64,000 nucleotides of DNA from Chrysomallon squamiferum. Lineage: Eukaryota > Animalia > Mollusca. Of this stretch, positions 26,091-40,475 are shown in pieces. The notes beneath the pieces were generated by a model that made no database searches, was not told the DNA's origin, and was given only the letters and a program-made list of their open reading frames with translations. Each line of letters begins with the position of its first letter. The first letter of the stretch is position 1. Location: NCBI GenBank assembly GCA_012295275.1, contig CM022678.1:11966001-12030000 (forward strand), read 5' to 3'. The translations under genes were made by a program, and so were the position numbers.

Positions 26091-26542
26091 TGACATAGCG
26101 TGTAATTTGATATACATTCAGTTCCTGAAAATTAGACATATAAGCTAGAGTGATAAACTGATAGGAAGTTAGATATGTAGTATGTCACTAGTTCAGTAGA
26201 TTGATTTGTAGACAGACTGATAGACATATAGACAAATGCATTAAAGAGTGTGTGTGTGTGTGTGTGTGCGTACACAAACACAGACGTGTATAGGAATGAC
26301 AATGTATTTGTGTGTTTAGGAAGTAATCGGAATGTATGTCTATATTAAAGGATGGGTAACTACATAGATATGTTTAAAACAGGGTGGATATATGGTAAAA
26401 TGTAAAATGTAAAATGGGCACAAGAAAGGTAGCTTGATAGACAGAAGAAAAGTAGATAGATTACTGTAAAGATAGATAGATGCAAGAAGGCACCAATGTA
26501 AGAAAGACTGAGTCTGTTGTTTGTGTATTAAAGAGAGTGTTG

Positions 26543-26589
<47 letters not shown>

Positions 26590-26775
26590 GATAAATAGTA
26601 AAATGAATAAATATATTGATATATAGATAGATAGATACATATTTGAATAGAGATACAAAGTCAGAGAGAGGTGGATAGGGAAGTGTGTAGGTCTTGATGT
26701 GTATGTATGTTTGCTAGAGAGGATGGCTGTATGGCAGTGTTAAAGGAGGAGTGTGGGTTTGTGTAAGAAAAAGTG

Positions 26776-26807
<32 letters not shown>

Positions 26808-27973
26808 CACGACTAATTTTGAGAGAGTGAGATAGATTGATAGAGAAATAGTTCGATAGATGGATTGCTAGATGATGCCTAGAGAGATAGGTAGACAATA
26901 ATTAGATAGCTAGATAGATAGACAGACTGATGTGTATGTGTGTATGAGTCTTTATAAATATGAGCATAATTATGTGTTTGTGTGTTAGAGAGAATGGGTA
27001 TATAAATGTGTGTGAAAGATAGTGTGCTTTTTGTGGATTTTTGAGAGACTGAGACTGATAGAGAGATGAGTGATTGAATTTGTATTTGTTTGTATATGTG
27101 TGTTAGAGAGGATAGATACAGATAGATGGATATATACAAACTACATAAATATATGCAATCATGAGTATATGTGTATGAATATACTGTTACATATTTATGT
27201 TAGAGGATTGGTATATAAAGGAATGTGTAAATGATAATATGTTTATGTTTTAGTAGGCTAGATATAGATAGATAGATATTGAGAGAGAGACTGATATGTA
27301 GGTGTGATTATATGTGTTTGTGAGTTACAGAGAAAGAACAGGGTTAGAGAGAGGTGATGTGTGAATGAAAATGTGTTTATGTATACATACATTTGTTAGG
27401 TAAGCTATGTCTGCAAATGTGAAAGCTGGAGTGCATATGTAAGAAAGAGTGAGTATTTCTCTTTGTGAGCAAGATAGAGAATATAAATATGTTCAAAAAG
27501 GAGTGTTCTTTGTATAACACACACATTCTTTCTAAACAATATACAAGTTTTTCAAAAAATACTCTTAAATACATACACTTCTGTGTATACTCTGTTCTCC
27601 TGTCTTTCTATCTATATATAGAAACGGCTTTCATATTAATGCCACTGTATTCAAAATTGTAAAAAGTAGCAGTTCCCTATGTATCCACATTCTTATCTAA
27701 CACAGACACATAATATTATAGAGCCACAACTTTACACACTACATCTTTTACATATATCTTTCTATCTATCTTTCTGTCTCTATCTACCTATGTATCTGTT
27801 ACAATATATATGCACAGAGAAAGCACAGAGAAAACACATACAAAACCACACATGATATAGCTATTCTTTCTAACTAATAAACACATATTCCCACAGTTTC
27901 TTGGTCAAATACTCGAATCAACCTGTCAGACATGTTCATCATTTCATATTCACTCTCTAAAAAATATCTGTTA

Positions 27974-28009
<36 letters not shown>

Positions 28010-28478
28010 TATATCTAACACCACATATATATATATAGTCACACTTTATAATACACCCCACATTACCATCATACAGTTGCTTACATCTGTCATGTCTCTT
28101 AATCTGTTTGTCTCGGTATTTCTATATCTGTCAGTATGTTCCTTTCTGGCTTCCTATTTATCTTTGTTCCTTTCTATCAGTCTATTTATCTGTCTACAAA
28201 TAATCTGTCAGTCTGTCTAAGTTTTTTTCTTTATCAAACTCTCTCTACCTCTGAGTCTCTCTGTCTCACTCGCCTCCTGCATGCATAGCAACTTTCAAAA
28301 TCCTTATTTATCTTTCTGTTTGCCTGTTCATTTATAACCCATACAAAAGTACACTGTCATCATAAGCCATCCTTGCCCCTACTCTCTCTCTCTCTCTCTC
28401 TGAGAGACAATAACAAATATGTACAGAACAATGTGATCAAGAAACAGGTACCAACACATCTACACACAACAAAACACA

Positions 28479-28514
<36 letters not shown>

Positions 28515-29206
28515 CAGATACCAGTCACTTTGACACAGTGATGCTAGACTAATTGTGTTTGAAATGTTTTTATATATGATCTATTTTTCGTTTCAGATTT
28601 TTTCGACTATGCTAATTGTTTTATAAAATAGATAAAATGTTAAATCACTTTGTATATATTTATGACAGAGATAAAGAGTACATGTAGCTTTCTGTCTGTA
28701 TTGTTTGTTTCCTGCTGCATAAGAATGTGTGTTGTTTTCCTTAAATATTTTAATTTCATCTTATTGTTGGGTTTTTTTATTACATTTTTTTTAAGGCACG
28801 AAAGAAACAGATACCTATCAATACCACCTCCACTCACATACAAACGCAAACCAGTGGAATTTGTACAGGACAATACTGATAGAATGAAATTAACTGATAT
28901 ATATTTCACACTAAGGTATGCAATGTTGATAAAAGGAGGTGATTATATTTTCTCTGTCGTGTCCAAGTGCAGAGATTTGAGTTGTTTTATTTTATTAAGT
29001 ATTTTTTCTAATTAACTGTTGGTTAATTCACTGTAACAGATCATATTTAGTATTGTAACAGCTTTAGTTATTCTCAGAGATGTCAGTTATTAGCCATCAA
29101 TTTTCTGTCTCTTTACTAAATATATAATAAAAACAATGCCATTTTATGCAATTAATTCCATGTCAGTAATTTTATTATTTTTATTTAGAAACTCTTTTAC
29201 TTGCAG

Positions 29207-29388
29207 ACACTGCCTGTGTGATTATCAGCTTGAAAGAGTCTGACATTTTATCTCATGTTGAGAATGTAATCAGTAAAACTAATAGAAACCATAGAAACTG
29301 ATTCCAGTCAGAATATTTTTGTCAGCAGTTCCTACTGTTCCTAGATGTTTTGAGAAGAAAGCATGCAACATCAGTAGTGGAAAAAAAG
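29207..29388 (+). other. Exon-like non-coding segment
   Basis: Acceptor TTTTACTTGCAG and strong donor AAG|GTAAGT. No convincing ORF. Confidence 0.4.
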
Positions 29389-29799
29389 GTAAGTTCATTT
29401 TGAGTAATATTATTTATTCTTGTTAGAGAATTACATTTTACTGGAAATAAGAAAATTTAACACGTAAAATCAATTGAAATTTATTTCCTAATTTCGGATG
29501 GTTTTGGGTGTTAGTCTAAATGACTAGTTTGACAGATTGACTGTAGCATATATGCATGTGTAAGAATGATTTATTCTATTTTTTTAGTTCTAGACATATA
29601 TTTAAATGTGTTTATAGATGGAAAGACATTCAGAAAAATAGATATGTAAGGTAGTTATATAGACATTGATGTGCAGGTAACTAGTGAGATGCATTGATCA
29701 TACATGGATGGTTACTGATGGATCAGAATACTGAATAGAGGAATAAGATAGATAGATAGATAATAGATAATAGAATATATATGTGTGTATATAAATAAT

Positions 29800-30090
29800 T
29801 TTAAAATCTGATCAAATAATAACCTAAAAAAACAAAAACAATAAAAATATAAATAAAACTATTTTAATATTTAATATACTTCTAAAATCTGATATAGTAA
29901 TAACTACAAAAACAACAACAATAAAAAGATAAATAAAACTATTTTAATAATATTTAAGATAATTCTAAATAAATGTATACAACAACAATAAAAAAAGATA
30001 AATAAAGCTATTCTAATTATTATCTAATGTGATCCTCAAACCATCGTGTACTAACAACAATAATAAAAGGAGAAATAAAACTCTCTTAAT
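29800..30090. repeat. Degenerate ~70-85-bp A-rich tandem repeat, ~4 copies
   Basis: Recurrent ACAATAAAAAGATAAATAAAACTATTTTAATA. Confidence 0.7.
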
Positions 30091-32793
30091 ATAATAATAA
30101 TAAATTAGTATTTCAGTGTTTCTTTCTAATAAAAAAAAAACAATAAAAAATATAAATAATAATGAGATATTTCTTTTTAATAACAGCAAAAAACAACAAA
30201 TATAAAAGAATGTACAAAATCAGTTATTATGTCATATTTTAAAAAATGTATTAATTGAATATTTTTACTTTATTTCACTGATTACTTGGGTACATATTTC
30301 AAATTTCAAAAAAAAAAATAAAGAAATAATAAAATAAAATACCCACATTCACTGAAAACAGAGTTTTATTTAAAATACATAACAAATAGCCATGGCAACC
30401 TGCAAATGAAATATATATATTGCCATGGTGACTAAAAACAATATGTATTATAAAGATCTGTATTATTTGGTTTACAGCCAGGGCTGGATTAAGACAGCAC
30501 AGATGGTATAAATTAAAGACAAACTATCATCAACTAATGAGTTTATTTGTAATGTATTGAAACTCATATTTGATCTATCAAAACATAAACTGTACAGAAA
30601 TAAATTAACTTTCTTAAAAAATGTTTTGATTTCATAAGACTTATTTCAAACTGATAAAGTATGCAAATAAATTTTAAATGAAAATAGCAATATCCTTTGA
30701 TCAGAATGTTATTTTTACATTTCTTTGAGAAAGATGACAAAATCAAAATGCGACATCTTGAAATGGATATTACTGTTTTAGTTTAAATTCTAATTTAATA
30801 AAGTACCAAAATATATTTTAGATGAAAATAGCTGACACCTTAATTATTTTTTATTGTCACCTTTTCTGTGCATTAAAAACCACATGAAGAAATTAAAACA
30901 TAACACTATTACAAAAACAGTAAGTGTAAGATTAAGAAATACATCAGTAGACAAGTTATACAGAACTTTATTTCTTTATTATTGTTGTTATTTATTGTTA
31001 TTATTATATTATTATTAATATTATCATAATAATAATTATTATTATGATTCTTCTTTTTCTTCTTCTTCTTCTTCTTATTATTATTATTATTATTATTATT
31101 TATTTATTTATTTGTCAAAGGTTTACTTTTGTCTTCTCTCTTATTTTCAGAAATGTGCTTGATTCTGTTTTCTTCACATCTGCTGTTGTTGCTGTAGTTG
31201 TTTCATCACCACTTTGTGCTGCTGTTCTCTTTAAGCTAGCTTCTGACTGAACTGTGTTTTCACTGACTGTGTTATTGGTGTTCTGTATGTGTTTGTGTTT
31301 CTGTGTGAGTGTGTATGTTTGTATTTGTGTTTGTATGGATGTTTTTTATTGGAATGCATATGTGTGCATATGTATGCACATGTGTGTGTGAGTGTGTGTG
31401 TTTATGATGAATTGTGAGATGTTTTAATTGCGTGTGTTTATGGAATATGTTTATTTTTCTATTTTAATGTGATTGTTTGATTTTAAATTAGTAACTAATT
31501 ATTTAAAATAATTAAACATAAATAGGTATTCAATATCCATTGCTATTTAATTTCAGCAGGTGAAAAACAACATAAACAGTAGTTCTAGATACATTGTTTT
31601 TATTATCAGATTTGTTTTTGTTGTTTTTGGTGTTCAGATAATGTTTTCTGAACCAATACTTTATTCGGCATTGATTACATCCAAACATACACCCACACAC
31701 ACGGTAATACAAACACAAGTATTCATAAAAACATACTTAGATATAAGTACACATAATCCATACTTATACATACATACACTAATACAGACACATATATCTA
31801 CACATACATACAAACATTTGAAAACATAAACATACACACACATTCAGAAACATATTCATGATCACTTGATAATTTGACTAAATAAATTCATCCATACAAA
31901 CACACAAACAAATATATTCATACTCTTACACGCATTATACAAACATATCCACACATACATACAGACATACAAATACACTTACATACTTAAACATACAATA
32001 CAAACATGCACAGATACATACATAGACATGCACACATAATAAGCACACAAATACATGCAGATAGAGACTTACACAAATATATGCCAACTCAAATGCACAT
32101 AATATAAACACACACAAATACACATGCATACAGACTTATACAAGTACATACACACTGATGCACACACTGAAACATAGACACTTATCACTGGCCCATAAAT
32201 CAAAGAATGAGGAAATGTTTTTTCAGCTGTTTCATTTTAAGAGAGATTACAGTCTAGATTTTTTTTTAGATAAATGTATGTTATGTAGCATTACAAACCC
32301 TCAGTGAATGAATTTCAGTTATAGCCAGTACAGTGTGACTTAACAGAAACTGAAGATTTAGCTTTATTTTGAGATTGTATGTAAGAATTGTCATTATTAT
32401 TTATCACTGAGTAGCATGATGTATGACAGTGTTTTCAATACTGCGGTTCCTAACATATTGCTGATTATGTAAGGTTTTGTTTGTAATGTAGAGTGGTCTT
32501 GATAGTCAGGTTAGTTATTAAAATATGTGTTGTGTTATGGTTTTGATGCATTTACACAAAATACAGAACATATACTTGATTGTTTTTTATATACAGATAT
32601 GCACATGCCTTGCAGAAGCATGACAAATATTTAGACTTTTTAAAGTTATTTTTATTTATTTATTTACTTATATTGTTTCTTAATTATTTTTATATTTTTC
32701 TAAAAAAATGTTTTAAAGTATATAATCTGAAAAATGTCAGTTTTTTTACAAACCAGAAAATAGAAACCAGTTATTTATCAAGTGTGTGTTAAC

Positions 32794-32910
32794 AGATAAT
32801 TATAATAAAAGTGAGAGTAGTAGATGATAATTACAATAATAGTGAGTAGCCTGTAGATGATAATTATAATAATAGTGCGTAGCCTGTAGATGATAATTAT
32901 AATAATAGTG
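32794..32910. repeat. ~32-bp tandem repeat (AGATGATAATTATAATAATAGTGAGTAGCCTGT), ~4 copies
   Basis: Seen directly. Confidence 0.85.
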
Positions 32911-33773
32911 ACCAGAGCTGTATCAATTCTTTTCATTTTTCTCTGACATAATTTCCTGTTCTAACCACACCTAAACTGTGATATGTTAAAACAAACAAAA
33001 AAGATAGGAAAAACAACAACAATTTTATTTTATTTACAAGTGATTAGAAATGTGTTTGTTTTGTTTTTGTCTATTTTTTGTTAAATTTTTTTTTTTTTTT
33101 TTTTTTTTTTAAATACTATGAACATTATTTGTTTTGAAATTATTTACAAATATAAAATATTTTTGTTAAACACTGTATGTATATTGTAAAGGAGAAAAAA
33201 AAAAAAATAGTAAAAAGAAAACAGAAAAAACAACTATAAATAAATACATTTTTTCTATAACATATGCATCACAAATATACCATGAGCCAGTGTATGTTTG
33301 TACGAGTGTTTGTTTATATGCTTGTGTATGTATGTGTGTATTTTTTTTATGCATGTGGGTATGTATGCAGGCATGTGGGTATGTATGTGTGTATGTATGT
33401 GTATATACACATACATACATATAATGAAAGAATATGTTTAGTAGTGGCTGTTTATTCAGTTTAAACTGAAAAGTGGTACAAAATGAATGTGACGGTAGGA
33501 TAAAAAAAAAAAAATGTGAATAACTAAAGAAATAAAGCAATAAATAAATAAATAATATTGCATTTATAAATAGTTAATGCTTTGATGTTAAGGTACAATG
33601 AAATTAATGCTCCCGAAAACAGTGAGTTCAGAAATAAAATCGTAGCCAACAGAGAAAAAGTAAAAAGAAAAATATCACAATTAGTAATTTTACAGAGAGT
33701 AAATTCAATATTCTGTTGTAGAAGAACCGTCGGAAAGGAGACTGACAGACAGATCAAAGTTTTTTTTTTTTTT

Positions 33774-34088
33774 CTAATACAATAAATCTGTGAGAATATT
33801 GCACAACTCTCTGTTCTTTCTGAGAAGCTCGTAGTAGCGTTTTGGCGGCTTTCGAAGTGCGTATAGTTCAGCTCGCAAATCTTCGTTGCTTCGCCAAAAC
33901 AAATCAAATTCTTTAAACGGATTAAACTTGGGATGTTCCATGTATTCAGCAATATTGAGATGGTATTCTCCTACACGGCATTCCCACAGTGTTAAAAGTT
34001 TCTCCACCTCGCTTGTGTACGCGTCAGATACCAGATTCAACTCCATCACGGTTTCCTCTAAATCTTCTACAATGATATCTTTGGCCAC
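33774..34088 (-). CDS. Probable terminal coding exon of an unknown small helical protein (...AKDIIVEDLEETVMELNLVS...RELCNILTDLLY*)
   Basis: Non-repetitive 104-codon ORF with protein-like composition that starts at an acceptor TTTGCAG. An upstream donor CAT|GTGAGT at 34725/34724 is phase-compatible, but that frame has a stop ~40 codons upstream. Confidence 0.45.
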   Translation of the reverse strand: MAKDIIVEDLEETVMELNLVSDAYTSEVEKLLTLWECRVGEYHLNIAEYMEHPKFNPFKEFDLFWRSNEDLRAELYALRKPPKRYYELLRKNRELCNILTDLLY

Positions 34089-34590
34089 TGCAAATTATAA
34101 ACAATTAAATAAAGTTTAATATCAACATGACATTGTTTCCTTGTTATTTTGGGGTTTTGATTAATATTTTATTATTATTTTTGTTCAGTTATATAATAAA
34201 AGTTTAAGACATTATATTATCATTTGGACGTGGTAGAAACGGGCTATCTTTGTAATTAGTCACGTGATAGACTTGACTGACTATTGATACTTGTAAATTA
34301 TCATCTCTTTAAATTCGTAATTACATTTAATGCATACCTCTTAGCACCTCTTGTTTAGCCTCAATCATTTTTCTGAATTTTCTTTTATGTCTTCGACGCT
34401 TGACACATGGACAACACCATGACAACCACTTCATTTTTTTCTATTTTTGTTTGTTTGCTTTGTTAACGCAACTGCAGCTGTCTGTTGTAGCTAATTGTCT
34501 AGTTGCTAATTGCCTTGTTGCTAATGACGTAATAATATTCAAACTGACCAATCAGCTTCGACTTTGTGACACGTTTGAAATACATTTGTC

Positions 34591-34633
<43 letters not shown>

Positions 34634-34966
34634 ATATATTTTTTTTAAATATCTAATAAGGTATATACAAAGAATAAACAATACCAAGTTTTAGATCACA
34701 ACAAAAATGAAAAACTGAACTCACATGAACGCAGAGACAGTCTGTAACTAACATGAGGTCGAGAAGTTATGTGCCTAAATAACTTTGATGATTTTATTAG
34801 CCAAAGCGGCACAATCAGGCAATGAACACGGCTTCCATATCATTTCAACCCAGGTTTAACAACATAACTAGTAATTTAGAGGTTCAGTCGATATCTTATA
34901 AAAAGAACGATTATTCCTCTCCCAAAGAAGAACTTTCAAACAGAATTCAGGAGATTCAGTTTACGG

Positions 34967-35232
34967 AGAATCAGCTTCATCAATCGCTTTCTGACTCGGG
35001 AGTGAATCGGCTTCATCAATCGCTTTCTGACTCGGGAGTGAATCGGTTTCATCAATCGCTTTCTGACTCGGGAGTGAATCGGTTTCATCAATCGCTTTCT
35101 GACTCGGGAGTGAATCAGCTTCATCAATCGCTTTCTGACTCGGGAGTGAATCGGTTTCATCAATCGCTTTCTGACACGGGAGTGAATCAGCTTCATCAAT
35201 CGCTTTCTGACTCGGGAGTGAATCGGCTTCAG
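34967..35232. repeat. 36-bp near-perfect tandem repeat, ~7.4 copies (GAATCGGCTTCATCAATCGCTTTCTGACTCGGGAGT)
   Basis: Seen directly. An ATG-initiated minus-strand ORF 35239-34961 encodes (EADSLPSQKAID)n. Confidence 0.95.
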
Positions 35233-36232
35233 TGGCCATGATTTAAGGCGTCCTTGGCAGAAACCACGATCTGGTGACGTCACTGTCAGATCGGGCCGAT
35301 GTGTGGCTGCTTTAATCTTCATTTCTGTTATTGATTAAAGATAAACTAATTGTCTTTCCGATAATGTTTCTTAAAAGCGGTCTGATTTTTGAAAACAGTC
35401 AAAAGATTTTATCGAAGTTTTTCAATCAAAGTTTTCTACCACATTCATATCTTAAACACTTTTAGGCAGGTAAAGTTTAAGATTATGATACATTTATAAG
35501 AACATCTCTTCCAGGCCACTTGTTCATTTACTTTTCTGTTTCTAAAGAACTCTTAAGATTTTGGCTGAAGATGCAAGAGTTGACTGGTGGAGGTAACGAA
35601 TCAACACGTGATTGGTTCAACCTGTCATGACATTTGTACCCAAATTGTTTCCGTTAACAATCGTTGAGAAATGGTAAGAACTGACGAAGAGCACTGAAAA
35701 TCGATGAATATCGGTTTGCAGGGCGCCAGTAATACAACAGATGGAGGATGCTGCAAGGAGACCACGCCCCTGATTCAACTGATAGCGAAGCAAGAGCAGA
35801 AAACAACCGAATCCATGGAAGGCGCACCCTGAGTCTGAAGCAAGGTGCACACTGTTGCTATTTTTGTGTAGAAAAAAAACAAACGAAAAAACGTGAAACG
35901 CTTGAACCCATAATTCAGACAGACGTTGCAATATATTTGGTTATTCATTCCACGTATGACCAGCATACTTCAATTTAAATGGTTTGAATTTCAGCCATTC
36001 TATTGTCAATCACCAACGACATTTTGTTGATCCGCACACTGAACCAATACTCAAACAATTGAATTTTCTCGGTGAAGATCACTTTTCTTTCACTCTTTCT
36101 CTCTGTCTCTCTATCGCTCCATCTGTGTGTGTCTCTCTCTCTGTCTCTCGCCCCTCTGTCTCTCTCTGACTCTCTTTTCCTCTCTCTGTCTCTGTCTCTC
36201 TTTCTCGATCTCTATCAGTCTGGGTGTCTCAG

Positions 36233-36337
<105 letters not shown>

Positions 36338-37458
36338 CTCTCGGTCTCTTTCTCTGTGTGTATGTGTGTGTATCTGTCTTTCTCTCTAACTTGCTTTCTT
36401 CTCTATACACAAAATTAACAATTTTACCTAAAGCAAAGTTAACCAACATCAAAAGCAACAGCCATAACAGCAGTATTAACAATAACAACAATAATAAAAA
36501 GAGTAAAGACTACATTTTACAGTGAAATTATTTTTTTATGAAAACATTCAAACTTACAGTCGTAGTGAAACCAAAATCTCATACGAATTTTCACGTATCA
36601 AAACGGAATTTCGTAACAATTTTAAATTCTTGATCTTATTTTTACTTTGAACAGCATAAAGAAATATTAAACTTTTAGTAAAGAAACATTTTAAATATAT
36701 GAAATAAATCTAGAATGCACAGATACTACTACTACTACTACTACTACTGCTGCTACTACTACTACTGCTACTACTACTACTATTACTGCTACTGCTACTA
36801 CTACTACCACTGCTACTACTGCTACTAATAATTAGGTAGTCTTAGGGAAATAACTCTGTTGTTCGTTAATAATAGCAATGAATATAACGATGATAATGGA
36901 TAACAGCATTAACCACAACAGAACAAATTTTGAAAAACGAAAATAAATAATAATGATATATTTTCGAATTTAGCTTTCTGTTTCATTTAATTCGTTTAGT
37001 TTAAGTGCTAAAGAACTTATGAACAAAATTATGTTATATTTGTTTATCGTGTTTGGGATATGCTGTTTAATTACTCAAAGAAGATAACAAAAAAATAATT
37101 CTAATAAAATAAGATTATTCACATAATAGAAGATTGTAACAGCAGAATAATTATAATAAAAAAAATAGTTTAAGAAATGAAAACTAATAACTGTACTGAA
37201 TTAAATATTCTCTATAATTCAAATTCGGCTTCGGGCACGGGTGGTGAGGTGCATACGCATGCCCCCCTGCCCTAGTCCTCCTTCTTGTCAGCATGTTCAT
37301 TTGTGTGAGATTGTGGGATCGAATCTCGGAGTTTTTGGAGGTTCCACAGCAGTACTTTCCGATTCCAGATTTATCTATGAAAGATTGTGGGAAAATCACG
37401 TCATAATATATGACATAAACCGTGACATGTAACCGAAGTGGGAAGAGGTTACTCCGCG

Positions 37459-37758
37459 AAGTAAAAAAATATCGATTAGAGTTATCCCCCTTTAGTGATA
37501 TGTGTTCACAAACATAGATTAGAGTTATGTCCCTTACGTGAGATGTAATCATTAAGCAAAGTAAAAATTTATATCGATTAGAGTTATCTCCCTTTAGTGA
37601 TATGTGTTCACAAACATAGATTAGAGTTATGTCCCTTACGTGAGATGTACTCACTAAGCAAAGTAAAAATTATATCGATTAGTTATCTCCCTTTAGTGAT
37701 ATGTGTTCACAAACATAGATTAGAGTTATGCCTATTACGTGAGATGTACTCACTAACC
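37459..37758. repeat. Three-copy ~100-bp tandem repeat, each unit with two GATTAGAGTTAT.TCCCTT-like sub-repeats
   Basis: Seen directly. Confidence 0.92.
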
Positions 37759-40319
37759 TTACGAATGTGGGCGGAGCTACTGATTACAGTGCTGTCTATT
37801 TGAGCAAAAATTATTAAGATTTTATTCTGTAGCCTGAATAATTTATTTAATAATAATATTTATATTTTCTTCTCCCACTATAGGATTAATTCAGTGTGGC
37901 CTGGATATTGGGACTGATGAAAAGGATGGCTATAAAGGAGATTTGGATAATCTAAGTTGATGTTGCACATTCGTACCTGTTGAATAAACCTATAATGGTA
38001 CCTCATTTAATTACAAACATAATGAAATGTAAAATATTAATATCTACAAAAATGAGTTGTTTTATAACAAGATACAGAAAGATTAATTAAAATAAGCATT
38101 GGTTCAGGAATGATTGTTTGAATGAAACAATTAGAAAAGAATTAATGGTACATTATAATTTGAGTGACAAATATGTCACACAATGTTAAAATGGGTTTTA
38201 ATTCTAGGAGATACTCTGTCAAAAGTGAGTGGTTTAGCAAAAACTAAATTAAAAACTGCGGCCATTTTAAGCAAACTAGTTTCTGTTGTTCAGTTTGATG
38301 AAGAAGGCAATTCTATTGTTCTGCAAGGCTTTCAACGTGGACAGTAGAGATTGAAAACCTTTCCATATTTTTTCTTTCTTCTATTTTTTGGCACTAAAGT
38401 GTTTAGAAATGTACTGAAGAATTTATAAATCTGTGAAACTGTGATTTCAGATTCAAAGTGTCATTCATGCAAGATACAGTCAGACATAGACCAGTAGACA
38501 GAATGTTTGGACCAGACAGTCAAGTGTCTGATGTAGAAATCCTTGATTTACTGCTTTAAAAAACTACAAATTGTAGAGCTCAAGGGAGATTATTATTATT
38601 GGTTTTTTTATTATTAAAGTAGTGGTAAAGATTTATGAAAATGTTTGTTAATAAAACATAAAATGGAAGAAAATCTGTTGTTTGGAAGATATTTTCTTAA
38701 TGATTACTTTGCAGATTAAATTGTATGTCAAGTTGTTTAGTAATTTTTTTTTTTTTTTCTACTATAGAAATGTCTTGGTATTCTTTTATTTTATTTTATT
38801 AATATACTTTTATTGGATAATTCAGAAATCTTTGTATGTTGATGTTTAATTGCATTCTCAGCACTTTAAAACCTTTTTAAACATTTCAAATAATTTCTAA
38901 ATTGAAACTTCAGATACATATTAGACCATGTTTTTCTAAATTATTAATTAAGGATTTTGTTGAAACGTTTGTAAAATTATCTTTTTCATATGAAAAAAGT
39001 AGTTTTGATGTCGATCTTTTCTTTTTCTTGTAGAAGTAAATATTTCAAATTATTTTATTTTCTGTTTTTCATTACACATTTGTAGCTAGCATTTTCATCA
39101 GACTTGAGAAACAGTTTCCTAAGAATGTGGAATATTTTTATTTATATAGTTTTGAAATAATAGTAGAAGTAACAGATGTGATTGTGGACGTAGTGATACA
39201 GATAATGTTACACTGGTCATAGCTGAAATAACAGAAGCAAAGTAATAGATGAATATAGCATTTAGTAGTAATAGTAATAGAATTAATAGTAGCAATAGTA
39301 ATAGTAAGAGGTAATACGAATAACAATAGCATAAATAGTTCAGGGAGTACTGTAATAATGGCATTATTAATGTTTTTGGTGTTTACATATTCAGAAAAAA
39401 ACCATAACTTTGCATAGCGATATATAATTTAGAATTTTACTTACATTTCAAATGACTGAACAATTTGGCTGTTTCCTGTTGTATTTAAATATTTTATTCT
39501 ATTTCTCTGTCTGTATCTCTGTCTTTCTCTTACAGCTGATACGTGGAACCACTCATTACATATATTACACAAAGTAACTAAAGTGATTCAAGTCTTATTA
39601 CTGACACTTGTTATACATGCTTTTCTTTTTGTTTATGACAGGTAATTATTTTCAAAGATTATAAATGTTTCTTTAAATCCTGTTTTCTCCTTCCAAATAA
39701 ATATTTAAATTATTCTGAGTTTTGTTATTTATATTTTTGATTTAAGCTAGAGTCATAGACAACTTCATAAGGTAAGTGGAGGGGAACAGTGATTAACAAA
39801 TTCAGTGTTCAGCTGTTATTACAGACATTTCACTAGATGTCAGTCTTATCTGAGGATCAAATCAGGGGAGCAAATCTGTTAAGGTCTAATAAGACATTAT
39901 CTTCCATCAAAATAATCTCTGAGTTGAATTCAACAATAAAAAGCATCTGGCCGAGGATTGGCTGAGGGTAGCCAAAGGGAACTTTACAATTTTAATTCAA
40001 TAAATGTATATGAAAATATACACTTCAAACTAGATTTAAAATAAAAAAAATTATCAACTTTATATTTATTTATTTAAAAGTAGCAAATTATTTACGTATA
40101 ACTTTGTATAGAACAAGTTCAGGACATGGTAATAGATATGAAAGTTACATTTGACTGTTAATAAATATTTCATTGTTATAGATAGATTTAGTATTACACA
40201 GTTCGCGGGCTCTTGTGATGTGACAAAAAGTAATAAAACTTCCCTGCATGCACTGTGCAGTTCATGAAGTGGTCGACGCCATCTCTAAAAATATCCTGGA
40301 GAAAACGAATCCAAATCGG

Positions 40320-40475
40320 TATGACTGTCCGCTTCAGTTGTGGAATAAGAATAAGAAAATGCTGTCCGCGTTCAGCAGGTGTCCGCTTATCTAAGTGTCA
40401 TAGCTGTTGAAAAACAATCGTGACTCTGGGAAGTGTCCGTACATCGTACTGGGCCACTTATCTTATATACAGGTA
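40320..40475. mobile_element. Degenerate MITE-like remnant with repeated GTGTCCGCTT-type subterminal motifs (Tc1/pogo-like)
   Basis: GTCCGC/GTCCGT recurs four times in a CpG-richer patch. Family assignment is from recollection only. Confidence 0.35.

Noticed and set aside
26085-26130. Acceptor followed by GAA CTG (EL...) as the missing PRL ELKK...RVCE exon
   Set aside because: It translates ELNVYQITRYVKPL and runs into a minisatellite, with no PRL similarity.
32416-32464. Possible C/D snoRNA (ATGATGT...CTGCGGTTCCT...CTGA); the 11-mer is complementary to a recalled 28S segment AGGAACCGCAG
   Set aside because: The C box is imperfect, the span is only ~49 nt, the guide is not adjacent to a D/D' box and there is no terminal stem.
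34967-35232. 36-bp repeats as a CRISPR array or a tandem hammerhead (minus strand TTGATGA...GAAA)
   Set aside because: The repeats abut with no unique spacers and there are no cas genes in this eukaryotic context. The hammerhead core lacks C3 and has no stem III/UH.
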